From NCBI GenBank assembly GCA_963747235.1, contig CAVVEU010000031.1, forward strand, positions 64,001-128,000: a DNA stretch of 64,000 nt, given 5' to 3'. The notes under the pieces are model-generated. The model searched no databases. It had not been told where the DNA came from and was given only the letters and a program-made list of their open reading frames with translations. Both the position numbers and the translations under genes were made by a program. This stretch comes from an uncultured Candidatus Rokubacteria bacterium (GTDB taxonomy: Bacteria > Methylomirabilota > Methylomirabilia > Rokubacteriales > CSP1-6). Below, piece after piece: positions 9,322 through 19,378 of this stretch (the stretch's first letter is position 1; each line of letters starts with the position of its first letter).

Positions 9322-9882
9322 CTAGTTGCTCACCACCGGATTCCGCCGCACGGTGGGCACCCCGATCTTGATGAACGCGTGCTGCTCCGCCGCGTGGCAG
9401 GCCGTGCACGCCGCGCGCATGACCTCGATCCGCTGCTTGAACAGGGCGAGGTCCTTCGCCTTGATCGCGTCCATCACCTGCAGGTAGGGGCCCTTCAGGA
9501 AGAGTGCATCGGCGTTCTTGCGGTACTGCGGCCGCCGCTCGAGGCCAACCGAGATCGCGCCGCCCATCTGGTGCGCCATGTGCGCGGCGTACTCCCAGTT
9601 GCCGTCGATCCCGCCGAAGTACATCTCCGTGTATCGGTATGCGACCTCGGCCATCGTGGTCTCGAACCCGCGGAGCTGCCGCTCGATGGCGGCGGCCCGG
9701 GCGTCCGGCGTCAGGCGCTTGTACCACCCACCCGGGTCCGGGACCCCTGGGGAGCGCGTGTGCGAGTGGCTCGGCGCCTGCGCGCGCACCGCCTCCCAGC
9801 CCGCGGCGGCGCCCAGGCCCACCAGGGCGGCGACGACCGCCATCACGAGAAACGAGCGGATCCGGCTATCGGGTCGTGTCAT
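9322..9882 (-). CDS. Exported monoheme c-type cytochrome (C-terminal CxxCH, cytochrome c'-like layout)
   Basis: ATG 9882 with AGGA upstream, N-terminal hydrophobic segment, CTACH near the C-terminus, helical body. Confidence 0.7.
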   Translation of the reverse strand: MTRPDSRIRSFLVMAVVAALVGLGAAAGWEAVRAQAPSHSHTRSPGVPDPGGWYKRLTPDARAAAIERQLRGFETTMAEVAYRYTEMYFGGIDGNWEYAAHMAHQMGGAISVGLERRPQYRKNADALFLKGPYLQVMDAIKAKDLALFKQRIEVMRAACTACHAAEQHAFIKIGVPTVRRNPVVSN

Positions 9883-9896
9883 GAGCGGGAGTCCTT

Positions 9897-10280
9897 TCAC
9901 CGTGACGCTTTCACCGTGAACGTGAAGCGACTGTCGACGATATGGCCGTCCACCGAGAGGACGCGGTACTTGACGGTGTAGAGGCCGGACTGGCGCACCT
10001 CCACCGTGACCGAGAGCCGGCGCGGGTCGTCCGGGCCCACCGTCACGTCGCGCGCGTCCACCTGCGCGCCCGCCTCGTTCCACACCGAGACCGTGCTGTA
10101 GGCGGGCTCGAGACGCTCGTTGAACCAGAGCTGCACGCGCTCCGGCATCTGCCCCAGCACCGCGCGATGCGCGGGCGTCGAGCGCACCAGGGAGGCGTGC
10201 GCGCCGGCGGGCGGCGCGGGGCAGGCGAGACAGGCCAGGAGCGCGACCGCCAGCGCCCCGTCCCGCCAGCGGCCCCTCAC
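9897..10280 (-). CDS. copC: CopC family periplasmic copper-binding protein (copy 2)
   Basis: AGA|HASLVRSTP (His1 after cleavage), L.FNE.LE, YTVKYRVLSVDGH, F.FTV; GTG overlaps the upstream stop. Confidence 0.9.
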   Translation of the reverse strand: MRGRWRDGALAVALLACLACPAPPAGAHASLVRSTPAHRAVLGQMPERVQLWFNERLEPAYSTVSVWNEAGAQVDARDVTVGPDDPRRLSVTVEVRQSGLYTVKYRVLSVDGHIVDSRFTFTVKASR

Positions 10281-10661
10281 CGCTTCCCGGCCGGCTCCGG
10301 CGCGGTGACCGTGAAGAGCACGATGCCCTCCGTCACGTGGCCGTCGGCGGCCATCACCTTCCAGCGCGCCTGGTAGGCCCCCGGATCGAGCGGCGGCAGG
10401 GCATAGGCGAGGGTGTCGGCCGGGGTATCCGGGTCCTGGCGCAGCAGCGCGATGGTCTTCTGGCGCGGCCCGACGAGCTGCACGGAGCAGAGCGGCTTCT
10501 CGAGGCGGCTGTTGAAGCGCAGGACGAGCCGCTTCGGGCTCGCCAGCGATTCCTCGTGGCGTCGGAGCGGACTCGAGGATGATGGCGTGCGCGTGCGCGT
10601 CGGGGAGTCCCCACAGGCATGCCCCGATCATACCCAGGACCGCCAGGATCGCGAGCTTCAT
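10277..10661 (-). CDS. copC: CopC family protein (copy 1), frameshift near 10560
   Basis: AHA|HAIILESAP, then after the shift LVLRFNSRLE, YQARWKVMAADGH, FTV. Confidence 0.85.
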
Positions 10662-11894
10662 CGAGCGTTCGGGAGGCGGACCGGCTGCACCACCGTCTTG
10701 AGGAAGGGGAACTGCTCCTCGTGCCAGGCCACCAGGAACGAGCCGTCGGGGGCGAAGGCGATGTCGGGCGAGTAGGCCTTGATGGCGGTGGACAGCACGT
10801 GGATGGGGCTCAAGGTCCGCCCCGCGTCGAGGGTGTAGCGCAGCAGGATGCGGCGGCGCACCGCGGTGGACTCCTCCCACACGATCACCGCGCGGCCCGC
10901 CGGGTCCACCGCCATGCGCGCCTGGTCGGGAATGGAGGTCGCCGAGGTGTGCAGCCGCCTGGCCGGCCCGAAGCGGCTGCCCGTCCGTCGAGACGGCGAA
11001 CTTCAGGTCGGGCCGGATGTCGCTGCCCTCGGTGTACCAGCTCATGTACACGCGGCCCTTCGCGTCCAGGCCCACCGCGCCGCCGCGATGGGGACAGGCA
11101 TTGATCTTCCAGTGATCGGCGCTCACCAGCGTCGCGTCGCCGAAGGTGCGCCCGCCGTCGCGCGAGACCGCCAGCACCATGTCGCGGATATCACCCGGGA
11201 AGACGCGCCGCCAGGTGAGCGCCACCGTGTTGCCCGCGCCGGTGGCCGCGTCCACGCGGCAGCACACGCAGGTGTCGTCGCCGACCTTCCGGATGCCCTC
11301 GACCCGCGTGCCCTGCTCGGCCACGCGCGCGACCCAGGTGGCGGGATCCTTGCGGCCCTCGTGGCCGTCGATCCACGTGACCAGCACGGTGCCGTCGGCC
11401 GCCACCGCGAGCCCGTCGAACGAGTGCGAGATGGGCCGGTCCTCGTTCACCCGCAGGGGCGGCCCGAAGGTCCGGCCGCCGTCGAGGGAGCGGGAGAGCT
11501 GCAGGTCGGACGCGAAGAACGTCCCCTCCGGCTTGGCCTTGCCCGAGGACCAGGACACGTAGACCGGGCCGCCCGCGGCCACCGCCAGCCGCGGCGGATG
11601 ATGGAGCGCCTCGACGGTGAGCGCCTCGGGATTGACCCGCACCGGCGTCGAGCCGTTGCCGATCTGGAGCACGTAGAGCTGGTTGGCGTGGCCTTCCTGG
11701 GCCGCCCACGTCACGAGCGGCCGGCCGTCCGGGCCCGCCGCCACCGCCGCGCCGGAGAGGTGGAACTCGTGCCCCCGGCTCACGTGCTTGTACTCGAGGC
11801 GCGGCCCGAGCGTCAGCTCCGCGGCCGGCGTGGCGGTGGAGGCCGCCAGGACGAGCGCGACCGCCACCCCGATCCGTCTCATGCTCATCGCCAC
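10658..11894 (-). CDS. Exported BNR/Asp-box (sialidase-fold) protein with CxCC and CPHxG motifs, frameshift near 10975
   Basis: Asp boxes SLDGGRTF, SRDGGRTF, STDG, TLDAGRTL; TCVCCR and WKINACPHRG; signal peptide. Confidence 0.8.
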
Positions 11895-13980
11895 CTCCAG
11901 GAGACGCCGCCGTAGAACGAGCGGCCGTCGCCGGGGAAGAAGAAGCGCCGGTTCGCGTCGTCGGTCGCCACCGCCGCCGAGTAGCTGGTGTCGGTCAGGT
12001 TGCGGGCCTCGAAGAACACGCCGATTCCGGTCGGCTTGTGCTCGAAGCCGGCCTTGAAGTTCACGAGCGTGTACGGGTCATTGCGCGCGTCGTTCTGGCT
12101 GTTCACGAAGTAGCCCTTGGGCACGATGTCGAAGCCGGGCGCCATCCAGAACCCGGAGCCGTGATCGTAGCGCAGCTCGGTCTGGATGAAGTGCCGCGGC
12201 GCGCCGGGCAGGTCATTGTCGCCGAAGTTGACGTCGTTCACGAACACGAAGCGCGACCAGGTGTAGGCGGCGCGCGCCCGCAGCGAGTCGCCGGCGCGGC
12301 CGAGACCGATGCGCGACAGGATGTCCTTCACCAGCAGCAGGTCCACCCCCGCCTCCACGCCGGTGTGGCGCGAGCGGTCGATGTTGCGGAAGCGCGGGAT
12401 CGTGAACGGGGCGCCCGGGAAGGGCTGGACGTTCACGTTCTGGATCTCGTCCCACAGCTCGGCGTCGTAGACCGAGACGTCCCAGGCGAGCCGCTCGCCC
12501 ACGTTGCCGCGGGTGCCCACCTCGAACTGCCAGGACGTCTGCGCCGCGAGCTGGCCCAGGTTGCCGCCGAGCTGGCCGGGCGCGGTCAGCTCGAGCAGCG
12601 CGGGCGGCTCGTGGGCGTGGCTGGCGTTGCCGAAGACCTGGATGTGGGCGCCACCTTCCAGACGAAGCCGGCCCGGGGCGAGGCGGAGAAGAAGTCCACC
12701 GCGTCGGACTGGTTGCCGTCCCGCTCGAAGCGATCGCGGACTTCTCGCGTCGCGTAGTTCACGCGGCCTCCGGCCACCGCGGTGAAGGTGGAGGTGAGGT
12801 CGAGCTGCTCCTCGAGGTAGCCCGCGACGTTGTTGGCGATGTTGAACTGGTCCTTGGTCTTGGCGCCGCGGTTGCCCCGGTTGTTGGCGAAGTTCACGTC
12901 GATCTGGCGGGTGCCGAAGAACTGGAAGCCCGCGGTGAGCCGGCTGGCCAGGCCGAAGAAGGGCGCGGTCAGGATGTAGCGCGCCTCGGTGCCGTAGCTG
13001 TAGGTCGTGTCGTCGATGATCGCGAACGACAGCGGGTGGTCCATGTCCTGGTAGTTGACCTGGGTGAACCACTCGAGCGCCTGGTTCTCGCTGAGCGGCG
13101 TGCGGACGGTCAGGGCCCCGCGCGTGTAGTCGTAGTTGCGCTCCTCGCTGAACTGGCTGGTCGCCGGGTTGCGCTGGCGGCGATTGCGATCCATCTCCTG
13201 CTGGGTGAGGGCGCCGGGCAGGTTCTCCTCGTTCTGGACATAGCCGAGGTCGAGCCGGATCGTCGTCCCACCCGCGAGGCGATAGCCGAGGCTGGCGTAG
13301 GCGCGGCGCCGGATCTGATCGCCGTGCTGCCGGAACCCGTTCACCTCCGTGTCGCTCAGGCCGACGTAGAGATCGACCGGCCCGTAGACCTGGCCGGTCC
13401 CCACGTAGTTCTTGAGAAAGCCGAACGAGCCGGCCTCGCTCCGCAGCTCGATGAGCGGGGCGTCGTAGCCGGTCTTGGTGACGAGGTTGATGGCGCCGCC
13501 CAGGGTGTAGCCGCCGAAGCGCAGGGCGTTGGCGCCCTTGTAGACCTCGATGCGCTTGGTGGTCAGCAGCTCCAGCGACTCGAAGTCGCCGAACCCGTCG
13601 GCGTTGCCGTACGGGAAGCCGTCGATCAGGATGTTGAGGCCCCGCAGGTGGAAGTTGCTGCGGAGCCCGGAGCCGCGGATCGAGATCTGGCTCTCGTCCG
13701 CCGCGCCGAAGCGGGGCTGCACGAACACGCCGGGCACGAAGTCGAGCGCGTCCTTCAGATTCGCCGCGCGCGACTGCTCGATCTTCTGCTGGCCGACCAC
13801 CTCGGTGCCGCCGGGCACGCGGCGCAGCTCCTCGCGGGCCTCGGTCTCGGTCCGGGTGCGCTCGTCGGGCGCGCGGCTGCCCTCGACGATGACCGGGGGC
13901 AGCGTGGTCTCCGGCCGTGGCTGGGCCGTCGCGATGAGAGGGGTGAGCATGATGGCGAGTGCCAGGATGATGGGGCGCAT
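11885..13980 (-). CDS. TonB-dependent outer-membrane receptor, frameshift near 12650
   Basis: Signal peptide, TonB-box-like TLPPVIVEG, plug ISIRG..IDG..RIEVYKG..GGAINLVT, C-terminal NLTD..Y..PGDGRSFYGGVSW. Confidence 0.92.
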
Positions 13981-13988
13981 GGATCTCC

Positions 13989-14769
13989 TCACTGGGTGAG
14001 CCGGAATTCGACGGGGAGCAGAACCCACATGGCGACGGCGTCGGCGCCGCGGCGTGCCGGCTCGAAGCGCCAGCGCCGCACCGCCTCCATCGCGGCCTGA
14101 TCGAGGTCGGGGTGGCCGGCGGAGTGCTCCACGAGCACGTCGCCGATGCGGCCGTCCGCCAGGACGTGCACGCGCAGCATGGTCGTGCCCTGGATGCCGA
14201 GCCGCCGGGGCGCGGACGGATAGGCCGGGCGCACCTGATAGCCGCCCTGCGGCCGCGCGGTCCGGGTGACGCCATCGGGCGGCGTGGTGGAGGGCTTCGA
14301 GGCGACGTGGGGGCCGACGGCGGAAGCGCGATCGTGGTGCCGCTCGAGGCGGGGGCCGACGGGCCCGGCGCCGGCGCGGGCTCGCTGATGGCGGGCAGGG
14401 TGGCCGTCGGTGCCGGCCCCTGTCCGCGGGGGCCGGAGCGGGCGTGGGCGCCACGGCGGGCGCCGGGAGGGCGCGACGGGCTGCGGGGCGGGCTCCTCGA
14501 CCTTGGCGGCGGCGACCTCCCGCGGCTTCGGGGGGTCCGGCCGCCGGATCGGAGCCGGCCGCTCACGTCGTGGCGGCGCCGGGGGCGACCTCCCGTGGAG
14601 GCTCGACGGCGTCGAGCGTGACGAGCTGCACGGGGAGCACCGGCGGCTGCTGGGCCACCACGCTGGTCACCCATTGCTGACCCACGATGAGACCGGCGAC
14701 CAGCCCCACGTGGAGCAGGCAGGACAGGCCGATCGGCATCGCACGCCACCACGACAGCTCGTTGAGCAC
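13989..14769 (-). CDS. tonB: Energy transducer TonB, several frameshifts in the Pro-rich linker
   Basis: TM with SxxxH (LSCLLH), Pro-rich region, C-terminal YP..ARR.GIQG..LDQAAMEAVRRWRFEPAR..LPVEFRL. Confidence 0.85.
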
Positions 14770-14871
14770 GAACGCTTCCCTCCGCAAGCCAGGATTGGAA
14801 CCGCGACAGCCGGGACACCCGCACGTGGCCGCGGCGCATGGAGCGCGCGGGGCGCGGGAGACCGCGGCGAG

Positions 14872-15475
14872 CTACAGGATCGCGGAGGGAGGAGCGCGCC
14901 CCTGGTCGGGGCTGAGGAAGCGGGTCGGGATGGACGCCGGGGAGCGGCCTCTGCCGGTCCGACGACGGGGAGCACGATGGAGGACAGCCCGGGATCGTCC
15001 ACCTGCACGGCGGCCAGATGGGCGGAGGCCGCGGCCACCGTGCACGCTTCCTGCTGCTGCGGGTCGAAGCCGTGATGCACCGAGTGCAGCGCGTTCTCGA
15101 ACGCGAAGACGCAGAGGAGCAGGGCGAGCGTCACGGCCACGGCCCGCCGCGGGCGCGATACACGGCAGGGCCGGGGTTGGAGGGGGGAGGGATGGAAAAA
15201 ATAACAAATTAGGAGTAGGGTGGAACCAGAGCAGAGAGGGAAGAATGGTAACAAGCGGCCAGGGCCGCCAGCCCCAGCGCGGCCGGCAGATACCAGGGCA
15301 GCGCGGGCGCGGCGGGGGCCGCGGTCAGGGCCGGGATGGTCCCGGGGGCCTCGACGGGCTGGAAGGTCTCCGCCGGAGGCGCCGACGCGGGAACATGGGC
15401 GCCCGCCGGGCCGGCGAGGGCCAGTAGGGCCAGCACCAGCAGGAGCGACATCGACACGCGCTGAAGCCGCAGCAT
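14872..15475 (-). CDS. DUF2946/CruR-like leader protein with His cluster and C-terminal RAPP motif, interrupted near 15170-15255 and 14945
   Basis: Pieces in successive frames: MLRLQRVSMSLLLVLALLALAGPAGAHVP..; RRAVAVTLALLLCVFAFENALHSVHH..EACTVAAASAH; ..DQGRAPPSAIL-stop; directly upstream of tonB. Confidence 0.6.
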
Positions 15476-15574
15476 ACGCGACAAGGTAACCACTGAACCG
15501 GGTGACGTCAAGGAAGGTTCCGGGGCCCGTGTTTGACGCCACCGGAGGGGGTGTGGGATCATTAACGCCCCGTC

Positions 15575-16886
15575 ATGAAAGTCCATTTCACGACCCTCGG
15601 CTGCCCCAAGAACCAGGTGGACTCCGAGCTGATGCTGGGCATGCTGACCGAGGCCGGGCATCAGATCGTCGAGGCCGCCGGAGGCCGCCGATTGCCTGGT
15701 GGTCAACACCTGCGCCTTCATCGACCGGGCGCGCGAGGAGTCGGTCAACACGATTCTCGAGCTCGCGCAGCTCAAGGAGCGCGGGCGGGCGCGATCCCTC
15801 ATCGTGACGGGCTGCCTCACCCAGCGCTACGGCGGCGAGATCCGCACCGAGATCCCGGAGATCAACGCGATCCTCGGGACCTCGGAGCTGCATCGCATCG
15901 TGGAGCTCGTGAACCAGGCCGACGGGCGGCAGGCGTGGGTGAGCGCGGCGCCGCCGGGTTATCTGTACGACGCGCAGACCCCGCGGCTGCTCAGCGGCCG
16001 GGTGCCGTACGCCTACGTGAAGATCGCCGAGGGCTGCGACATGGGTTGCACGTTCTGCGCGATCCCGCAGTTCCGCGGGCGCCACCGGAGCCGCCCGCAG
16101 GCCGACATCGTGGCCGAGGTCAACGGGCTCGCGCGCCGCGGGATCCAGGAGGCGATCCTGGTCTCGCAGGACACGCTCGCCTACGGGCGCGATCTCCCGG
16201 GCAACGGCGACATCGGCGACCTGCTGCTCGCGCTGTCCGACACGACGATGCCGTGGATCCGGCCGATGTACCTGCACCCCGCGCACGTCACCGAGCGCCT
16301 CATCGCCAAGTGGCAGCGCGCGCGCGTGGTGCCGTACCTCGACATGCCGGTCCAGCACGGCGACGACGGGATCCTGCGCGCCATGCGCCGCGGCGTCACC
16401 GCGCAGCGCATGCTGGACGTCATCGCGCGGCTCCGCGACGCGCTCCCCGGCGTGACCCTGCGCACCACGGTGCTGGTGGGCTTCCCGGGCGAGACCGAGG
16501 CCGCGTTCCACAACCTGCTCGGCTTCGTCGAGGACGCGGGCTTCGATCGGCTCGGCGTCTTCACCTACTCGGTGGAGGAGGGCACGCCCGCCGCCGACAT
16601 GGCCGATCAGGTGCCGGCCGAGGTGATGGCCGAGCGCGCCCAGCAGGTGCAGGACCTTCAGGATCGGCTGGCGTGGCCGCGCCAGAAGGCGCTCTTCGGC
16701 ACCCGCCAGACCGTGCTGGTGGACGGGCCGAGCGCGGACTCCGCGTTCCCCTTCGAGGGCCGGACCGCCGGCCAGGCGCCCGAGATCGACGGCGTGGTGC
16801 TGCTGCGCGACCGCGCGCTCACCCCGGGGCGCTTCGCGGAGGTCACCATCGTCGAGGTCGAGGGCTACGAGCTCGTCGGGGAATAA
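15575..16886 (+). CDS. rimO: Ribosomal protein S12 methylthiotransferase RimO, frameshift near 15680
   Basis: TLGCPKNQVDSE, NTCAFI, GCLTQRY, radical SAM C-x3-C-x2-C (GCDMGCTFCAIP), GFPGET, APEIDG. Confidence 0.95.
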
Positions 16887-16917
16887 GCCGCTCGGCGCGC
16901 TCGATCGCCTGGCCTTC

Positions 16918-17355
16918 GTGCTGGCCAGTGTCTTCGGCGCCGGTTATGCCCCGGTGGCGTCGGGCACGGTCGGCAGCTTCGTCACCGTGGTCGCGATCTG
17001 GCTCCTGCCGCTCACTCCGCTGCGCATCCTGGTCGCGCTGGTCGTGGTCACCCTCATCGGCATCTGGTCCGGCTCCCGCGTGGAGCGGGTGCTGGGCACG
17101 AAGGACCCCGGCGTCATCGTGATCGACGAGGTGGCGGGCATGCTGCTCTCGGTGATCCTGCTGCCGCCGACCATTCCCGTGCTCGTCACCGCGTTCCTGC
17201 TCTTCCGGCTCTTCGACATCTGGAAGCCGTTCCCCGCCCGCGAGAGCCAGGCCCTCACCGGCGGCGTGGGCGTGATGGTGGACGATCTCATCGCGGGCCT
17301 CTACGCGCTGGTGCTCGTGCTGGGCGCGCGCGCCCTCTTCGGCTTCCCCCGGTGA
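16918..17355 (+). CDS. pgpA: Phosphatidylglycerophosphatase A
   Basis: P.ASGTVGS, DPGVIVIDEVAG, FRLFDIWKP, GVMVDDLIAG; the start may lie slightly upstream. Confidence 0.93.
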   Translation: MLASVFGAGYAPVASGTVGSFVTVVAIWLLPLTPLRILVALVVVTLIGIWSGSRVERVLGTKDPGVIVIDEVAGMLLSVILLPPTIPVLVTAFLLFRLFDIWKPFPARESQALTGGVGVMVDDLIAGLYALVLVLGARALFGFPR

Positions 17356-17362
17356 GCCGGCC

Positions 17363-18613
17363 GTGAGCGGCGCCTGGATCGTCACGGTGGGCGCGGCGCA
17401 GCTCGGCGCGGCGGACGACCCGACCGGGATGATGGTGGCGCGCGCGCTGCTGGCCGAAGGCGTGCCGGTGGCCTCGCGGCAGGTCGTGGACGAGGACGAG
17501 ACCGCGGTGGAGGAGGCCCTGCGCGGCGCCGTGGAGGCCGCCGCGCTGGTGGTGGTGCTGGCGCAGCCGGGCGGCTCGAGCGGCGAGGTGGTCCGGCGCG
17601 CGCTCTCGCGGCTCGGCGGCGCGCGGCTGGTGCTGAACGACAAGCTGCTGGCCTCGATGGAGGAGGACTTCGCCCGGCGCGGGCAGGCGATGCCGCGACG
17701 GCTCGATCGCCTGGCGCTGCTGCCGCAGGGCGCGCTGCTCTGGCCCGCGGCGGGGGAGCCCGCGTGGGTGATCGAGGTCCGGCGCGCCGCGGTGGCGGTG
17801 CTGCCGGCCGGCTCCGCGATGCTCGCCTCGCTCGTGGAGTCGCACCTGCGGCCGCTCGCCCGCCAGCGGCTCGGCGCGGGCGAGAGCACGGTGCTCCGCA
17901 CGCTGCACACCACCGGCCTCTCGCCCGCGGACGCCGAGGAGCGCCTCGGCCGCTGGCTGGGCGTGGAGGGCGCGGTCACCGTCTCCTGCGTGCCGGTGGA
18001 CGGCGACGTGTGGGTGCAGCTCCGCTCGCGCGCGGCCTCGCGGAGCGCGGCGGAGGCGGCGCTCGTCCCGGTGGAGCGCGAGGTGCGCGAGGCGCTCGGG
18101 CCCGACTGCTGGGGCAAGGACGAGGACACGCTGGAGGTCGCGGTGGGCCGGCTCCTGCTGGAGCGGCGGCTCACCGTGTCCATGGCGGAGTCCTGCACCG
18201 GTGGGCTGGTCGGCCACCGGTTGACCAACATCGCGGGCTCCTCCCGCTACGTCGAGCGCGGCGTGGTCGTGTACTCCAACCAGGCCAAGGAGCAGCTCCT
18301 GGGCGTGCCGGAGGCCATGCTGCGCGCGCACGGCGCGGTGAGCGCGCCGGTGGCGGAGGCGATGGCGGCGGGCATCTGCCGCATCTCCGGCTCGGCCTGC
18401 GGCATCGCGGTGACCGGCATCGCGGGGCCCGACGGCGGCACGCCCGCCAAGCCGGTCGGCACCGTGTTCATCGCGGCGGCCGCGCCGGGCGCCGACGGCC
18501 CGCGCATCGAGGTGCGGCGCTTTCGCTTCGCGGGCGGGCGGGAAGCGGTGAAGTGGCAGTCCTCGCAGGCCGCGCTCGACATGCTCCGCCGCGCCCTCCT
18601 CGCGCGGGCGTGA
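17363..18613 (+). CDS. cinA: CinA: degenerate N-terminal MoCF-like domain plus PncC NMN deamidase
   Basis: AESCTGG, YSNQAK, GAVS, TGIAGPDGG, KPVGTV; located upstream of recA. Confidence 0.9.
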   Translation: MSGAWIVTVGAAQLGAADDPTGMMVARALLAEGVPVASRQVVDEDETAVEEALRGAVEAAALVVVLAQPGGSSGEVVRRALSRLGGARLVLNDKLLASMEEDFARRGQAMPRRLDRLALLPQGALLWPAAGEPAWVIEVRRAAVAVLPAGSAMLASLVESHLRPLARQRLGAGESTVLRTLHTTGLSPADAEERLGRWLGVEGAVTVSCVPVDGDVWVQLRSRAASRSAAEAALVPVEREVREALGPDCWGKDEDTLEVAVGRLLLERRLTVSMAESCTGGLVGHRLTNIAGSSRYVERGVVVYSNQAKEQLLGVPEAMLRAHGAVSAPVAEAMAAGICRISGSACGIAVTGIAGPDGGTPAKPVGTVFIAAAAPGADGPRIEVRRFRFAGGREAVKWQSSQAALDMLRRALLARA

Positions 18614-19189
18614 TCCGCGCCTTCGTCGCGGTGGTTCTCGACGACGAGCTACGCTCGGCGATCGCGGTTGCCGTCGAGCGGCTCCGGCCGCTGGGCTCGG
18701 CGGTCGCCTGGGTGCCGCCGCGCAATCTCCACGTCACGCTGCAGTTCCTGGGCGACCAGAGTGAGGAGCGCCTGGCCGAGGCCGCGGCCGCGCTGGCCGA
18801 CGCCGCGGCCGCGGAGCGCGCCGGTCGACGTCACCTTCCACGGCATCGGCGCGTTTCCCGGACTCGAGCGGCCGCGCATCCTCTGGGTCGGCCTGGCCCA
18901 GGGCGCGCTCGAGGCGCGTGCGCTGCAGGCGCGGGTCGCGGATGCGCTCGCCTCCCGTGGGTTCGCCAGGGAAGAGCGACCCTGGCATCCGCATCTCACC
19001 ATCGGGCGCGTCTTCGACCAGCGGCGCTGGCAGCGCGAGCTGGACCCTTCGCTGCGGAGGGCACTGGCCCAGGTCGCTACGACGAGCTTCGGCACGATGC
19101 GCCTCGGCGACGTCGCGCTGATGGCGAGCGATCTCTCTCCGGGGGGTGCGCGGTACACGGTGCGGCGAGCGGTGAGCCTCGGCGCGTGA
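18610..19189 (+). CDS. thpR: 2H phosphoesterase ThpR/LigT (RNA 2',3'-cyclic phosphodiesterase), frameshift near 18815
   Basis: R.FVA start, two HxT motifs (NLHVTL, PHLTI), G.FP..PRILWVG. Confidence 0.9.
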
Positions 19190-19260
19190 GCGCGGGCGGC
19201 GACGCGTATCCAACGCGGGACATTGACACCGATTCGCGCGCTCTCGTCACACTCGCTTCG

Positions 19261-19289
19261 TTGACTTTGTCGCGACGCGCCCGTATCAT
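19261..19289 (+). promoter_or_regulatory. Sigma70-type promoter of recA
   Basis: TTGACT 19261-19266, 17-bp spacer, TATCAT 19284-19289. Confidence 0.7.
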
Positions 19290-19378
19290 GGGGAAACTTG
19301 TTGAACTATCGAACCTTTTCGTCTACCTCTCGGGCCGGTCACGAGGTCCCGTTCCACTCGTAGTCGAGGAGAATCAGC

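Noticed and set aside
19299-19325. Possible LexA box downstream of the recA promoter (TTGAACTATCGAACCTTTTCG)
   Set aside because: It contains GAAC half-sites, but the spacing matches neither GAAC-N4-GTTC nor GAAC-N7-GAAC; it cannot be supported without the lineage motif.
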